A stretch of 64,000 nt of DNA from the human T2T-CHM13v2.0 reference genome, Homo sapiens. Below the pieces are notes generated by a model. It was not told the origin of the DNA and searched no databases. It saw only the letters and a program-made list of their open reading frames with translations. This document shows positions 22,922-36,469 of this stretch, piece by piece (positions within the stretch are counted from its first letter, which is position 1; each line of letters starts with the position of its first letter). The position numbers were made by a program, and so were the translations under genes. Location of the stretch: assembly GCF_009914755.1 (NCBI RefSeq), contig NC_060942.1, one strand, 5' to 3'.

Positions 22922-24637
22922 TGAGTAGCTGGGATTACAGGCGCTCGCCAGCAAGCCCAACCGAGTTTCGTCTTTTTAGAAGAGACGGGATTTCCTCATG
23001 TTGGTCAGGCTGGTCTGCAACTCCGGACGTCAGGGGGTCCGCCGGCCTCGACCTCCCAAAGCGATGGGAATAGAGGCGTGAGTCACCGTGCCCGGACATG
23101 TCTGAGTTTCACAGGGTCGCTGATTGGATTATGTCCCCTTCCCCGGCACGAATGCTTTTCTGTCTTCCTTAAGGGTAGTATCTCTGTGGCACCCTGTTCT
23201 GGCTCCTTACGTGTTCTTCAGGCTTGAAGGCCTCTTTTCACGTGCACCGGCATCCACTCAGGTGCCTGCTTCCAGAAGCTTCCCAGCACCCACTCTGCTG
23301 ACAGCCAAGGGCACAGGACTTTGATCTCTTCTGCTGCCCTTGCTGGGTTTTGCCTTGCGGCTTAGGTCTTTCTATTTCTCTCTCTATCCCTCACTGTCGG
23401 TAACGCCTAAGAACCAAGTTTACTTAATGGTGTGTGTGTGTGTGTGCGCGCGCGCGTCCGTGTGCGTGCTCATGTGTGCGTGTGCGTGTGTGTGTGCGTG
23501 TCTTTCTTTGTGTGTATGTGTGTGTGTCGTATCTGGCACACGGACCTGTGATTACCAGCCCGCGTGAAGCCAACAAATGCCCTGAGTTAGAATGCAAACT
23601 TTCACCAAAGCTTGCAGGAGCTCGTAGGAGGTGAACTCAAGGTAGTTAACCCGGTCATCTCATGGTAATTAGAAACTCTGCTTGGCAGGTTTAGACTTCC
23701 TGATCGAGAACCTAAAGAAGCTGATTGAGGTGTCGCCATTCTTTCACAGGGGTTCTGGCTGAAAAGATTGGGATTGATTCTTTGCCGTGCTTAGTAAAAG
23801 TATTTTGACTTAAGGAACGTAGCAGTTGTTAGCATTTATGTATGAAATCCAGGAGTTCCTTTCTTCAGATAAACAGCAGGTTTCTTTGAGATGTGCTCCG
23901 CTTGTGTCACCCAGGCTGGAGTGCAGTGGAATGAGGAAGGGTCACTGCAGCCTCCGCTTGCCCAGCTCAGGCGATCCTGCCACCTCAGCCCTCTAAGAAG
24001 CTGGGACCACAGGGGCCGTGCCACCACGCCGGGCTCATTTTGGTATCTTTTGTGGAGACGGGGTTTCTCCGTTTGGCCCAGCCTGTTCTCCACCTCCTGG
24101 GCTGCAGCGATCTGCTTTCCTCGGCCTCCCAGAGGAGGATGGCCGACGATTACAGGATCATGCCCGGCCTTTTCCCCGAAAGAAAACACCAACAGCAACA
24201 AAACATTTTGCGTAGTCGGAGTTATCAGTGTCAACTGGTGGATTGAGAGTTTGTGTCTAAGAAGTCCTTCCTTATGCACTGGATGATTTCAAAAGAAAGG
24301 AGAAAAGACAAAAGGGAATCTCACATCTTGTACCTGATTTATGATTGCAACTAGGGCGTTATTTAAAAGACGATCAGTGAACCACCAAAGTAGAATTGAT
24401 CCGAATGCGTTCATAATATCTTCTGAATTCTGAGGTGTCCTCCAAGCAGGGAGGCAGTGGCTGGGTGTGGGAGGCAAAAATCACAGGGCCAGCACTTGAC
24501 ACCTGCAGGATTCGGAGGCTCAACTTTGCACCAAGCCAAGGGTTCTGGTGTCCGTCGCAAGTTTCGTTCCCCAACCCGCATTGACTTTGCATTGGCCCTC
24601 CTCCCCCCGGATTTTATCCGTAAGGCAAGTCCTGAGT

Positions 24638-26278
24638 TTATCGTCGGGAGAATCTTCCCTTGTAGTCTCGAATTGCCTTGGCCATCAGCGGGGCCACTTT
24701 CTTGGCAGCCTGTTTTCGGGTTTTGTCCGCGGGCGCCGCGTGCCGGTTGCTGCTGCCGCCGCCGCTCACGCTGCCGCCGTCGCCGTCCCCGAGGCCGGAG
24801 GGAGCCTGGCTGCTTCCTGCGGGCTTGGGGGCTGGCTCCATCTCTCCATTTCCGGGGTCAGCGGCTCCTGCAGACTTCTCTTGCCTCCTGGAAGCATCAT
24901 AAGGCGTCTTGGCCACAGAGTTGAAACAGATCATCTTTGTCTGTCGGCCGCTGGGTTTGTTTTCACGTGCGGATCGGATTTTCGTGGTCACTACTCGCAG
25001 CCGCTGCTCTCGGGCGTCCCGAAGCCGCAGGTACAGCTCCCGCCAAGACTCGTGCTCCTGTGGCTTTTCTTCCTTGAAGTCCTGGAGGCAATGAATCCTC
25101 CATAATTCATCTGTCTCTCGAGCGAGTGCGGCATTGTCTTTCTCTGTGCGGTACAGCTGATCGGGCGTCCACCCTTCCAGAACGGGTTCAAGAACCGAGT
25201 AGGGGACCCCTTCCACGTCGCCGAGGGCGTCCGGATTGTTCCTAGGCACCCGGAGGCACTGCTGGCGCAGCGTCGGCACCTGGAGCTGGCAGGCAGGCCT
25301 GGAGCCCGAGTACACCGGCATCTTAGCGTTCACTCTGCGTCCAGGGAAAGCAGCTTCCTCCTGGAGCGCTGGCGCGCAGAGTGCTTCTGGGTTTGCCTGG
25401 GAGGTCATGGCCTCAAAAGCGGACAGCAGATCGTAGTTGGCCTGCATCCAGGCCTCTGAGGGGTCCCAGAGCTCCGAGAAGACATGGCTGGGCACCGTTT
25501 TCGGCCCGGCGGAATCAGCGCCGGCCGCCTGCAGCCTCTCTGACTGGCTTTCCTGGACAGGAGGCGATTTCTGAGCCGAAGCCCCGCGGGACGATTTGTG
25601 CCCCTTGCTGTGGCTCCCCACCGCTTCCCCCTGGGGTTGGCCCTGGCAGCCTTGACCCAGCAGAGGCCCGCCCTGAGCGGCGTGAGCGTGGCCTCTTCCG
25701 GGTTGCTCCCCGGGCACAGCGGGCTCAGGGCCCTCGGGCATCGGGAGGGGAGCGGTGCGCGTTGGAGGGTCCCGATGGGGGCCGGAATCAGCTGGGGCCA
25801 TTCTGGGGCGCTTTCTCTCGGCTCTGGGCTCGCGACTGGGAGACCTCGGGTGAGGTCTCTGTTGCCCCGGAGGTGTTCTGCGTGCTGTCCGTCTGTGCTC
25901 AGGGCTGTGAGATGGGCTCCTGGGGGCCGTCGCGTTTTCTGGGAAGCCCCAGGCCTTTTCCCGCTCCTGAAGAGCCTCCCCGAAGCGCTGTCGGGAAGCG
26001 CTCTCCTCAGGGTCCTGCGGGTCAGGCCCGGTGTTTCGGTCCACGAGCACCAGCTTCTTCCACCGGGCCGCTAAGTCTCTGGCAAAGTCGCCCACGTGCT
26101 GGTGCTTCCGCAGGCGCTTCACCGTCTTTCTGATTCCAGTCTCCGCCAGGATGTCTGCGGTCATGGGCAAGGCGGAGAGTTTCTGCAAATATTTCTCTAG
26201 CTTTTTCGGCTCCGTCTTAGTGGCCAGACGCACCTGCAGCTTCCCCACTGCGCGCAGCGTAGTGGACCCTGCCGCCAT
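24638..26278 (-). CDS. ELOA3: Elongin A3, 546 aa, copy 5
   Basis: Intact ORF, protein identical to copy 2. Confidence 0.95.
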   Translation of the reverse strand: MAAGSTTLRAVGKLQVRLATKTEPKKLEKYLQKLSALPMTADILAETGIRKTVKRLRKHQHVGDFARDLAARWKKLVLVDRNTGPDPQDPEESASRQRFGEALQEREKAWGFPENATAPRSPSHSPEHRRTARRTPPGQQRPHPRSPSREPRAERKRPRMAPADSGPHRDPPTRTAPLPMPEGPEPAVPGEQPGRGHAHAAQGGPLLGQGCQGQPQGEAVGSHSKGHKSSRGASAQKSPPVQESQSERLQAAGADSAGPKTVPSHVFSELWDPSEAWMQANYDLLSAFEAMTSQANPEALCAPALQEEAAFPGRRVNAKMPVYSGSRPACQLQVPTLRQQCLRVPRNNPDALGDVEGVPYSVLEPVLEGWTPDQLYRTEKDNAALARETDELWRIHCLQDFKEEKPQEHESWRELYLRLRDAREQRLRVVTTKIRSARENKPSGRQTKMICFNSVAKTPYDASRRQEKSAGAADPGNGEMEPAPKPAGSSQAPSGLGDGDGGSVSGGGSSNRHAAPADKTRKQAAKKVAPLMAKAIRDYKGRFSRR

Positions 26279-26943
26279 CTCGCCAGAGCTGTGCAGGCGT
26301 CGCTGTCCTCGCGGTCGCGGCTCTGTCCGAGCTCGGGGCGGCGGCACAGGCAGTCTGGGGTGGCCGGTCCTCGCTGCCCGGTCGCCAGGCGGCGACCTCG
26401 GGATGTGGAGTCACAGCCTGGAGCGAGCTGGGTCCTCGGAGCAGCGGGCCACTTGGTCTGGAACGCCGGTCCTTGCAGACAGCTGAGCAGGCCCGCTTCT
26501 GTTCCTCGGGATGTGCGGCCGCAGCCTGGAGTGTGACCTGTGCGGTGCGCCGTCCAAGGCGGAGTGAAGCTCCGCTGCCAGAGCCCGGCCTTATATAGCC
26601 AGCCCCGGGCCCACCCAGGGCTCAAGCCCTGACCCCCCTGGGCCCCTGGGCTGCCCCGCCCCGATAGGAATTCATTCCGTCAGCCCAACGCAGCCAATCG
26701 GGGCGGTCCACGCCAGGTGGACTGCTGTGCCCCGCGGGGTCATTAGGTTAATTGCAGCCTGGACACACCCCACTGAGTTCTACCGTTGGCCCTCCATGTA
26801 CCCAGCTTCCACATCTGTGGATTCCAAAAGACACAGAGAGAATCTTCTTGGGAGTAAAAGCGAAAATAACAACACCGCAAGACAGAATCGTAGGAAGAAG
26901 AACCAACAGAGGATGACAACTCTTTACCTGGCATTGACGTTGT

Positions 26944-27811
26944 GTGAGGGGACTTGGAAACATTGGTAGAAAAGTGGGATTAAGGGAGAAAGAGGAAAAA
27001 GGCGTATTTTACTCCTCAACCTCGGCTCCATCAGCATCAAGACCCTTCTGGAAGCAGTGTCTTTTCCCCGCCGTCTAGCCCATCCCTTAAAGCCCCCAGG
27101 GTCCTGGGAATTTAACTATTTCCATGCAATCTTTTTTCCATTGTTAACTGAAGAAAACTGGGTGCCCCTTACAGGTTTTCCAAGACAAGGAAACAAAGAG
27201 AAGTCAGCAGGCGCCAAATCAGGATTGTCAGGTGGACGCCTCACGGTTTCCCATGGCAAGTCTTGCCCAGCTGCCCTTGTTCGAAGAAAGGCATGATCAG
27301 GAACACTGTCGTGGTGGAGAAGAAGTCTCTGGTGGGGACCTTCTTCGCTCCAGCTTTGGCTAACTTTCTGAAAACGCTCTGCTAGCGAGCAGATGTGATC
27401 AGGGTTTGGCCCTGCAGAAAGTCAACCAGCAGAATCCCTCTAGCATCTCCCCCCCGCACCCCGCCCCCAACGGTGGCCATGACCTCTGCTCTTGACTGCT
27501 CCTCTGCAGCTTCGACTGGAGCACTGCCACCTCTTGGTAGCCATGGCTTCGTGCTTGGTCTTCAGGATCCTGCCGGTAGAGCCAGGTTTCATCTCCTGTG
27601 ACCAATCTTGGAAGAAATGCTTCAGGATCTTGCTCCCACCGGTTGTTTAAAATCTCCTCGGAAAGGCTTGCTCTGGCCTGCAGCTGATATTGGTGCCACG
27701 GTTTGGGCAGCCGAGTTCCACTCTCACCTTTCAGTCCAAATGAGGAAAACAGAACCATTTGAAGTGTCTATGGTGTCGGCTATTGTTTCTGCTGTCGGCG
27801 GCGATTTCGCG
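26944..27811 (-). mobile_element. HSMAR2 fossil (unit 5)
   Basis: Repeat of unit-1 element. Confidence 0.85.
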
Positions 27812-27851
27812 TAATGTTTACATTCTCACATGACTTTCTCTCTCTCTCTCT

Positions 27852-27902
<51 letters not shown>

Positions 27903-28733
27903 TCTTCTGCAGAAAGATAATCGTTATAGCCTGAGAATCGGGGAATGGGGATTCGGGTGTTAAGCCTTTTCTGAGAATTACCCTCCGTGTTGTGCAGAGA
28001 AATAAGTAAATTTGCTGTGTTTCCAGACTTCCAGCTGCCTCACGAAGAGGATCGTAGTGCAATACTGGCGATGCCTCCAGAGCTCCCTGAATGAGGTTTA
28101 TCTTGTAAATAGGTGGGAAGAGAATTGAGCTGTCCTGGGTCAGTGTAGTAATGTTACAGCAGGATCCTTAGGTTGATGCTGAATTCTATCTGGGGTAGAT
28201 TTATATTTTGTGCGGGGGTTGTTTCCTTTCTGTGTTTTCGAGCGGGATTGTCGCTGTGGGAGCAGGGATCTGCTAAGGTTTGTCTCGTTCTCCAGTAATG
28301 AATGAGTTTAATGGGTGCAGCCGCTGTTTTCAGTAGCATGCCAGTGGGGGCATCGATGAGCTATGAGGGGCTAGAGCTTGCTCGGATTGTTTCCTTGTGT
28401 TTGTGTTTTGAGATGCGTTTGCTTGTGTCATGTTTGTTTTCCATTTTGGCAGGGGAAAGGTTTTCCAGGAAGAAAGGTTGTTGCCAGTGGATTTGGTTCC
28501 GAGGGGCTGGGGTTTCTGGCTGGGAGTGGGGAGGGGCTGCACGGTGATCGGTGGCTACTCCACCTCCAGAAAGAGCGTGTGGCTTCTCTGCCTCGGGGAG
28601 GATATTCTGCTCTCTTGTGAGTTTTGCAAGCCACCCGAGATTCTCTCTTGAATTGCTGTCAAGAAATAGAGACCGGCGTTGTCTCTGGCCCTCGCTGGGG
28701 AAGCTTTTCTGAGGTTTTGTTTTTTTAATTTGA

Positions 28734-28838
<105 letters not shown>

Positions 28839-30554
28839 TGAGTAGCTGGGATTACAGGCGCTCGCCAGCAAGCCCAACCGAGTTTCGTCTTTTTAGAAGA
28901 GACGGGATTTCCTCATGTTGGTCAGGCTGGTCTGCAACTCCGGACGTCAGGGGGTCCGCCGGCCTCGACCTCCCAAAGCGATGGGAATAGAGGCGTGAGT
29001 CACCGTGCCCGGACATGTCTGAGTTTCACAGGGTCGCTGATTGGATTATGTCCCCTTCCCCGGCACGAATGCTTTTCTGTCTTCCTTAAGGGTAGTATCT
29101 CTGTGGCACCCTGTTCTGGCTCCTTACGTGTTCTTCAGGCTTGAAGGCCTCTTTTCACGTGCACCGGCATCCACTCAGGTGCCTGCTTCCAGAAGCTTCC
29201 CAGCACCCACTCTGCTGACAGCCAAGGGCACAGGACTTTGATCTCTTCTGCTGCCCTTGCTGGGTTTTGCCTTGCGGCTTAGGTCTTTCTATTTCTCTCT
29301 CTATCCCTCACTGTCGGTAACGCCTAAGAACCAAGTTTACTTAATGGTGTGTGTGTGTGTGTGCGCGCGCGCGTCCGTGTGCGTGCTCATGTGTGCGTGT
29401 GCGTGTGTGTGTGCGTGTCTTTCTTTGTGTGTATGTGTGTGTGTCGTATCTGGCACACGGACCTGTGATTACCAGCCCGCGTGAAGCCAACAAATGCCCT
29501 GAGTTAGAATGCAAACTTTCACCAAAGCTTGCAGGAGCTCGTAGGAGGTGAACTCAAGGTAGTTAACCCGGTCATCTCATGGTAATTAGAAACTCTGCTT
29601 GGCAGGTTTAGACTTCCTGATCGAGAACCTAAAGAAGCTGATTGAGGTGTCGCCATTCTTTCACAGGGGTTCTGGCTGAAAAGATTGGGATTGATTCTTT
29701 GCCGTGCTTAGTAAAAGTATTTTGACTTAAGGAACGTAGCAGTTGTTAGCATTTATGTATGAAATCCAGGAGTTCCTTTCTTCAGATAAACAGCAGGTTT
29801 CTTTGAGATGTGCTCCGCTTGTGTCACCCAGGCTGGAGTGCAGTGGAATGAGGAAGGGTCACTGCAGCCTCCGCTTGCCCAGCTCAGGCGATCCTGCCAC
29901 CTCAGCCCTCTAAGAAGCTGGGACCACAGGGGCCGTGCCACCACGCCGGGCTCATTTTGGTATCTTTTGTGGAGACGGGGTTTCTCCGTTTGGCCCAGCC
30001 TGTTCTCCACCTCCTGGGCTGCAGCGATCTGCTTTCCTCGGCCTCCCAGAGGAGGATGGCCGACGATTACAGGATCATGCCCGGCCTTTTCCCCGAAAGA
30101 AAACACCAACAGCAACAAAACATTTTGCGTAGTCGGAGTTATCAGTGTCAACTGGTGGATTGAGAGTTTGTGTCTAAGAAGTCCTTCCTTATGCACTGGA
30201 TGATTTCAAAAGAAAGGAGAAAAGACAAAAGGGAATCTCACATCTTGTACCTGATTTATGATTGCAACTAGGGCGTTATTTAAAAGACGATCAGTGAACC
30301 ACCAAAGTAGAATTGATCCGAATGCGTTCATAATATCTTCTGAATTCTGAGGTGTCCTCCAAGCAGGGAGGCAGTGGCTGGGTGTGGGAGGCAAAAATCA
30401 CAGGGCCAGCACTTGACACCTGCAGGATTCGGAGGCTCAACTTTGCACCAAGCCAAGGGTTCTGGTGTCCGTCGCAAGTTTCGTTCCCCAACCCGCATTG
30501 ACTTTGCATTGGCCCTCCTCCCCCCGGATTTTATCCGTAAGGCAAGTCCTGAGT

Positions 30555-32195
30555 TTATCGTCGGGAGAATCTTCCCTTGTAGTCTCGAATTGCCTTGGCC
30601 ATCAGCGGGGCCACTTTCTTGGCAGCCTGTTTTCGGGTTTTGTCCGCGGGCGCCGCGTGCCGGTTGCTGCTGCCGCCGCCGCTCACGCTGCCGCCGTCGC
30701 CGTCCCCGAGGCCGGAGGGAGCCTGGCTGCTTCCTGCGGGCTTGGGGGCTGGCTCCATCTCTCCATTTCCGGGGTCAGCGGCTCCTGCAGACTTCTCTTG
30801 CCTCCTGGAAGCATCATAAGGCGTCTTGGCCACAGAGTTGAAACAGATCATCTTTGTCTGTCGGCCGCTGGGTTTGTTTTCACGTGCGGATCGGATTTTC
30901 GTGGTCACTACTCGCAGCCGCTGCTCTCGGGCGTCCCGAAGCCGCAGGTACAGCTCCCGCCAAGACTCGTGCTCCTGTGGCTTTTCTTCCTTGAAGTCCT
31001 GGAGGCAATGAATCCTCCATAATTCATCTGTCTCTCGAGCGAGTGCGGCATTGTCTTTCTCTGTGCGGTACAGCTGATCGGGCGTCCACCCTTCCAGAAC
31101 GGGTTCAAGAACCGAGTAGGGGACCCCTTCCACGTCGCCGAGGGCGTCCGGATTGTTCCTAGGCACCCGGAGGCACTGCTGGCGCAGCGTCGGCACCTGG
31201 AGCTGGCAGGCAGGCCTGGAGCCCGAGTACACCGGCATCTTAGCGTTCACTCTGCGTCCAGGGAAAGCAGCTTCCTCCTGGAGCGCTGGCGCGCAGAGTG
31301 CTTCTGGGTTTGCCTGGGAGGTCATGGCCTCAAAAGCGGACAGCAGATCGTAGTTGGCCTGCATCCAGGCCTCTGAGGGGTCCCAGAGCTCCGAGAAGAC
31401 ATGGCTGGGCACCGTTTTCGGCCCGGCGGAATCAGCGCCGGCCGCCTGCAGCCTCTCTGACTGGCTTTCCTGGACAGGAGGCGATTTCTGAGCCGAAGCC
31501 CCGCGGGACGATTTGTGCCCCTTGCTGTGGCTCCCCACCGCTTCCCCCTGGGGTTGGCCCTGGCAGCCTTGACCCAGCAGAGGCCCGCCCTGAGCGGCGT
31601 GAGCGTGGCCTCTTCCGGGTTGCTCCCCGGGCACAGCGGGCTCAGGGCCCTCGGGCATCGGGAGGGGAGCGGTGCGCGTTGGAGGGTCCCGATGGGGGCC
31701 GGAATCAGCTGGGGCCATTCTGGGGCGCTTTCTCTCGGCTCTGGGCTCGCGACTGGGAGACCTCGGGTGAGGTCTCTGTTGCCCCGGAGGTGTTCTGCGT
31801 GCTGTCCGTCTGTGCTCAGGGCTGTGAGATGGGCTCCTGGGGGCCGTCGCGTTTTCTGGGAAGCCCCAGGCCTTTTCCCGCTCCTGAAGAGCCTCCCCGA
31901 AGCGCTGTCGGGAAGCGCTCTCCTCAGGGTCCTGCGGGTCAGGCCCGGTGTTTCGGTCCACGAGCACCAGCTTCTTCCACCGGGCCGCTAAGTCTCTGGC
32001 AAAGTCGCCCACGTGCTGGTGCTTCCGCAGGCGCTTCACCGTCTTTCTGATTCCAGTCTCCGCCAGGATGTCTGCGGTCATGGGCAAGGCGGAGAGTTTC
32101 TGCAAATATTTCTCTAGCTTTTTCGGCTCCGTCTTAGTGGCCAGACGCACCTGCAGCTTCCCCACTGCGCGCAGCGTAGTGGACCCTGCCGCCAT
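30555..32195 (-). CDS. ELOA3: Elongin A3, 546 aa, copy 6
   Basis: Intact ORF, protein identical to copy 2. Confidence 0.95.
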   Translation of the reverse strand: MAAGSTTLRAVGKLQVRLATKTEPKKLEKYLQKLSALPMTADILAETGIRKTVKRLRKHQHVGDFARDLAARWKKLVLVDRNTGPDPQDPEESASRQRFGEALQEREKAWGFPENATAPRSPSHSPEHRRTARRTPPGQQRPHPRSPSREPRAERKRPRMAPADSGPHRDPPTRTAPLPMPEGPEPAVPGEQPGRGHAHAAQGGPLLGQGCQGQPQGEAVGSHSKGHKSSRGASAQKSPPVQESQSERLQAAGADSAGPKTVPSHVFSELWDPSEAWMQANYDLLSAFEAMTSQANPEALCAPALQEEAAFPGRRVNAKMPVYSGSRPACQLQVPTLRQQCLRVPRNNPDALGDVEGVPYSVLEPVLEGWTPDQLYRTEKDNAALARETDELWRIHCLQDFKEEKPQEHESWRELYLRLRDAREQRLRVVTTKIRSARENKPSGRQTKMICFNSVAKTPYDASRRQEKSAGAADPGNGEMEPAPKPAGSSQAPSGLGDGDGGSVSGGGSSNRHAAPADKTRKQAAKKVAPLMAKAIRDYKGRFSRR

Positions 32196-32860
32196 CTCGC
32201 CAGAGCTGTGCAGGCGTCGCTGTCCTCGCGGTCGCGGCTCTGTCCGAGCTCGGGGCGGCGGCACAGGCAGTCTGGGGTGGCCGGTCCTCGCTGCCCGGTC
32301 GCCAGGCGGCGACCTCGGGATGTGGAGTCACAGCCTGGAGCGAGCTGGGTCCTCGGAGCAGCGGGCCACTTGGTCTGGAACGCCGGTCCTTGCAGACAGC
32401 TGAGCAGGCCCGCTTCTGTTCCTCGGGATGTGCGGCCGCAGCCTGGAGTGTGACCTGTGCGGTGCGCCGTCCAAGGCGGAGTGAAGCTCCGCTGCCAGAG
32501 CCCGGCCTTATATAGCCAGCCCCGGGCCCACCCAGGGCTCAAGCCCTGACCCCCCTGGGCCCCTGGGCTGCCCCGCCCCGATAGGAATTCATTCCGTCAG
32601 CCCAACGCAGCCAATCGGGGCGGTCCACGCCAGGTGGACTGCTGTGCCCCGCGGGGTCATTAGGTTAATTGCAGCCTGGACACACCCCACTGAGTTCTAC
32701 CGTTGGCCCTCCATGTACCCAGCTTCCACATCTGTGGATTCCAAAAGACACAGAGAGAATCTTCTTGGGAGTAAAAGCGAAAATAACAACACCGCAAGAC
32801 AGAATCGTAGGAAGAAGAACCAACAGAGGATGACAACTCTTTACCTGGCATTGACGTTGT

Positions 32861-33728
32861 GTGAGGGGACTTGGAAACATTGGTAGAAAAGTGGGATTAA
32901 GGGAGAAAGAGGAAAAAGGCGTATTTTACTCCTCAACCTCGGCTCCATCAGCATCAAGACCCTTCTGGAAGCAGTGTCTTTTCCCCGCCGTCTAGCCCAT
33001 CCCTTAAAGCCCCCAGGGTCCTGGGAATTTAACTATTTCCATGCAATCTTTTTTCCATTGTTAACTGAAGAAAACTGGGTGCCCCTTACAGGTTTTCCAA
33101 GACAAGGAAACAAAGAGAAGTCAGCAGGCGCCAAATCAGGATTGTCAGGTGGACGCCTCACGGTTTCCCATGGCAAGTCTTGCCCAGCTGCCCTTGTTCG
33201 AAGAAAGGCATGATCAGGAACACTGTCGTGGTGGAGAAGAAGTCTCTGGTGGGGACCTTCTTCGCTCCAGCTTTGGCTAACTTTCTGAAAACGCTCTGCT
33301 AGCGAGCAGATGTGATCAGGGTTTGGCCCTGCAGAAAGTCAACCAGCAGAATCCCTCTAGCATCTCCCCCCCCCACCCCGCCCCCAACGGTGGCCATGAC
33401 CTCTGCTCTTGACTGCTCCTCTGCAGCTTCGACTGGAGCACTGCCACCTCTTGGTAGCCATGGCTTCGTGCTTGGTCTTCAGGATCCTGCCGGTAGAGCC
33501 AGGTTTCATCTCCTGTGACCAATCTTGGAAGAAATGCTTCAGGATCTTGCTCCCACCGGTTGTTTAAAATCTCCTCGGAAAGGCTTGCTCTGGCCTGCAG
33601 CTGATATTGGTGCCACGGTTTGGGCAGCCGAGTTCCACTCTCACCTTTCAGTCCAAATGAGGAAAACAGAACCATTTGAAGTGTCTATGGTGTCGGCTAT
33701 TGTTTCTGCTGTCGGCGGCGATTTCGCG
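32861..33728 (-). mobile_element. HSMAR2 fossil (unit 6)
   Basis: Repeat of unit-1 element. Confidence 0.85.
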
Positions 33729-33768
33729 TAATGTTTACATTCTCACATGACTTTCTCTCTCTCTCTCT

Positions 33769-33817
<49 letters not shown>

Positions 33818-34648
33818 TCTTCTGCAGAAAGATAATCGTTATAGCCTGAGAATCGGGGAATGGGGATTCGGGTGTTAAGCCTTTTCTGAGAATTACCCTC
33901 CGTGTTGTGCAGAGAAATAAGTAAATTTGCTGTGTTTCCAGACTTCCAGCTGCCTCACGAAGAGGATCGTAGTGCAATACTGGCGATGCCTCCAGAGCTC
34001 CCTGAATGAGGTTTATCTTGTAAATAGGTGGGAAGAGAATTGAGCTGTCCTGGGTCAGTGTAGTAATGTTACAGCAGGATCCTTAGGTTGATGCTGAATT
34101 CTATCTGGGGTAGATTTATATTTTGTGCGGGGGTTGTTTCCTTTCTGTGTTTTCGAGCGGGATTGTCGCTGTGGGAGCAGGGATCTGCTAAGGTTTGTCT
34201 CGTTCTCCAGTAATGAATGAGTTTAATGGGTGCAGCCGCTGTTTTCAGTAGCATGCCAGTGGGGGCATCGATGAGCTATGAGGGGCTAGAGCTTGCTCGG
34301 ATTGTTTCCTTGTGTTTGTGTTTTGAGATGCGTTTGCTTGTGTCATGTTTGTTTTCCATTTTGGCAGGGGAAAGGTTTTCCAGGAAGAAAGGTTGTTGCC
34401 AGTGGATTTGGTTCCGAGGGGCTGGGGTTTCTGGCTGGGAGTGGGGAGGGGCTGCACGGTGATCGGTGGCTACTCCACCTCCAGAAAGAGCGTGTGGCTT
34501 CTCTGCCTCGGGGAGGATATTCTGCTCTCTTGTGAGTTTTGCAAGCCACCCGAGATTCTCTCTTGAATTGCTGTCAAGAAATAGAGACCGGCGTTGTCTC
34601 TGGCCCTCGCTGGGGAAGCTTTTCTGAGGTTTTGTTTTTTTAATTTGA

Positions 34649-34753
<105 letters not shown>

Positions 34754-36469
34754 TGAGTAGCTGGGATTACAGGCGCTCGCCAGCAAGCCCAACCGAGTTT
34801 CGTCTTTTTAGAAGAGACGGGATTTCCTCATGTTGGTCAGGCTGGTCTGCAACTCCGGACGTCAGGGGGTCCGCCGGCCTCGACCTCCCAAAGCGATGGG
34901 AATAGAGGCGTGAGTCACCGTGCCCGGACATGTCTGAGTTTCACAGGGTCGCTGATTGGATTATGTCCCCTTCCCCGGCACGAATGCTTTTCTGTCTTCC
35001 TTAAGGGTAGTATCTCTGTGGCACCCTGTTCTGGCTCCTTACGTGTTCTTCAGGCTTGAAGGCCTCTTTTCACGTGCACCGGCATCCACTCAGGTGCCTG
35101 CTTCCAGAAGCTTCCCAGCACCCACTCTGCTGACAGCCAAGGGCACAGGACTTTGATCTCTTCTGCTGCCCTTGCTGGGTTTTGCCTTGCGGCTTAGGTC
35201 TTTCTATTTCTCTCTCTATCCCTCACTGTCGGTAACGCCTAAGAACCAAGTTTACTTAATGGTGTGTGTGTGTGTGTGCGCGCGCGCGTCCGTGTGCGTG
35301 CTCATGTGTGCGTGTGCGTGTGTGTGTGCGTGTCTTTCTTTGTGTGTATGTGTGTGTGTCGTATCTGGCACACGGACCTGTGATTACCAGCCCGCGTGAA
35401 GCCAACAAATGCCCTGAGTTAGAATGCAAACTTTCACCAAAGCTTGCAGGAGCTCGTAGGAGGTGAACTCAAGGTAGTTAACCCGGTCATCTCATGGTAA
35501 TTAGAAACTCTGCTTGGCAGGTTTAGACTTCCTGATCGAGAACCTAAAGAAGCTGATTGAGGTGTCGCCATTCTTTCACAGGGGTTCTGGCTGAAAAGAT
35601 TGGGATTGATTCTTTGCCGTGCTTAGTAAAAGTATTTTGACTTAAGGAACGTAGCAGTTGTTAGCATTTATGTATGAAATCCAGGAGTTCCTTTCTTCAG
35701 ATAAACAGCAGGTTTCTTTGAGATGTGCTCCGCTTGTGTCACCCAGGCTGGAGTGCAGTGGAATGAGGAAGGGTCACTGCAGCCTCCGCTTGCCCAGCTC
35801 AGGCGATCCTGCCACCTCAGCCCTCTAAGAAGCTGGGACCACAGGGGCCGTGCCACCACGCCGGGCTCATTTTGGTATCTTTTGTGGAGACGGGGTTTCT
35901 CCGTTTGGCCCAGCCTGTTCTCCACCTCCTGGGCTGCAGCGATCTGCTTTCCTCGGCCTCCCAGAGGAGGATGGCCGACGATTACAGGATCATGCCCGGC
36001 CTTTTCCCCGAAAGAAAACACCAACAGCAACAAAACATTTTGCGTAGTCGGAGTTATCAGTGTCAACTGGTGGATTGAGAGTTTGTGTCTAAGAAGTCCT
36101 TCCTTATGCACTGGATGATTTCAAAAGAAAGGAGAAAAGACAAAAGGGAATCTCACATCTTGTACCTGATTTATGATTGCAACTAGGGCGTTATTTAAAA
36201 GACGATCAGTGAACCACCAAAGTAGAATTGATCCGAATGCGTTCATAATATCTTCTGAATTCTGAGGTGTCCTCCAAGCAGGGAGGCAGTGGCTGGGTGT
36301 GGGAGGCAAAAATCACAGGGCCAGCACTTGACACCTGCAGGATTCGGAGGCTCAACTTTGCACCAAGCCAAGGGTTCTGGTGTCCGTCGCAAGTTTCGTT
36401 CCCCAACCCGCATTGACTTTGCATTGGCCCTCCTCCCCCCGGATTTTATCCGTAAGGCAAGTCCTGAGT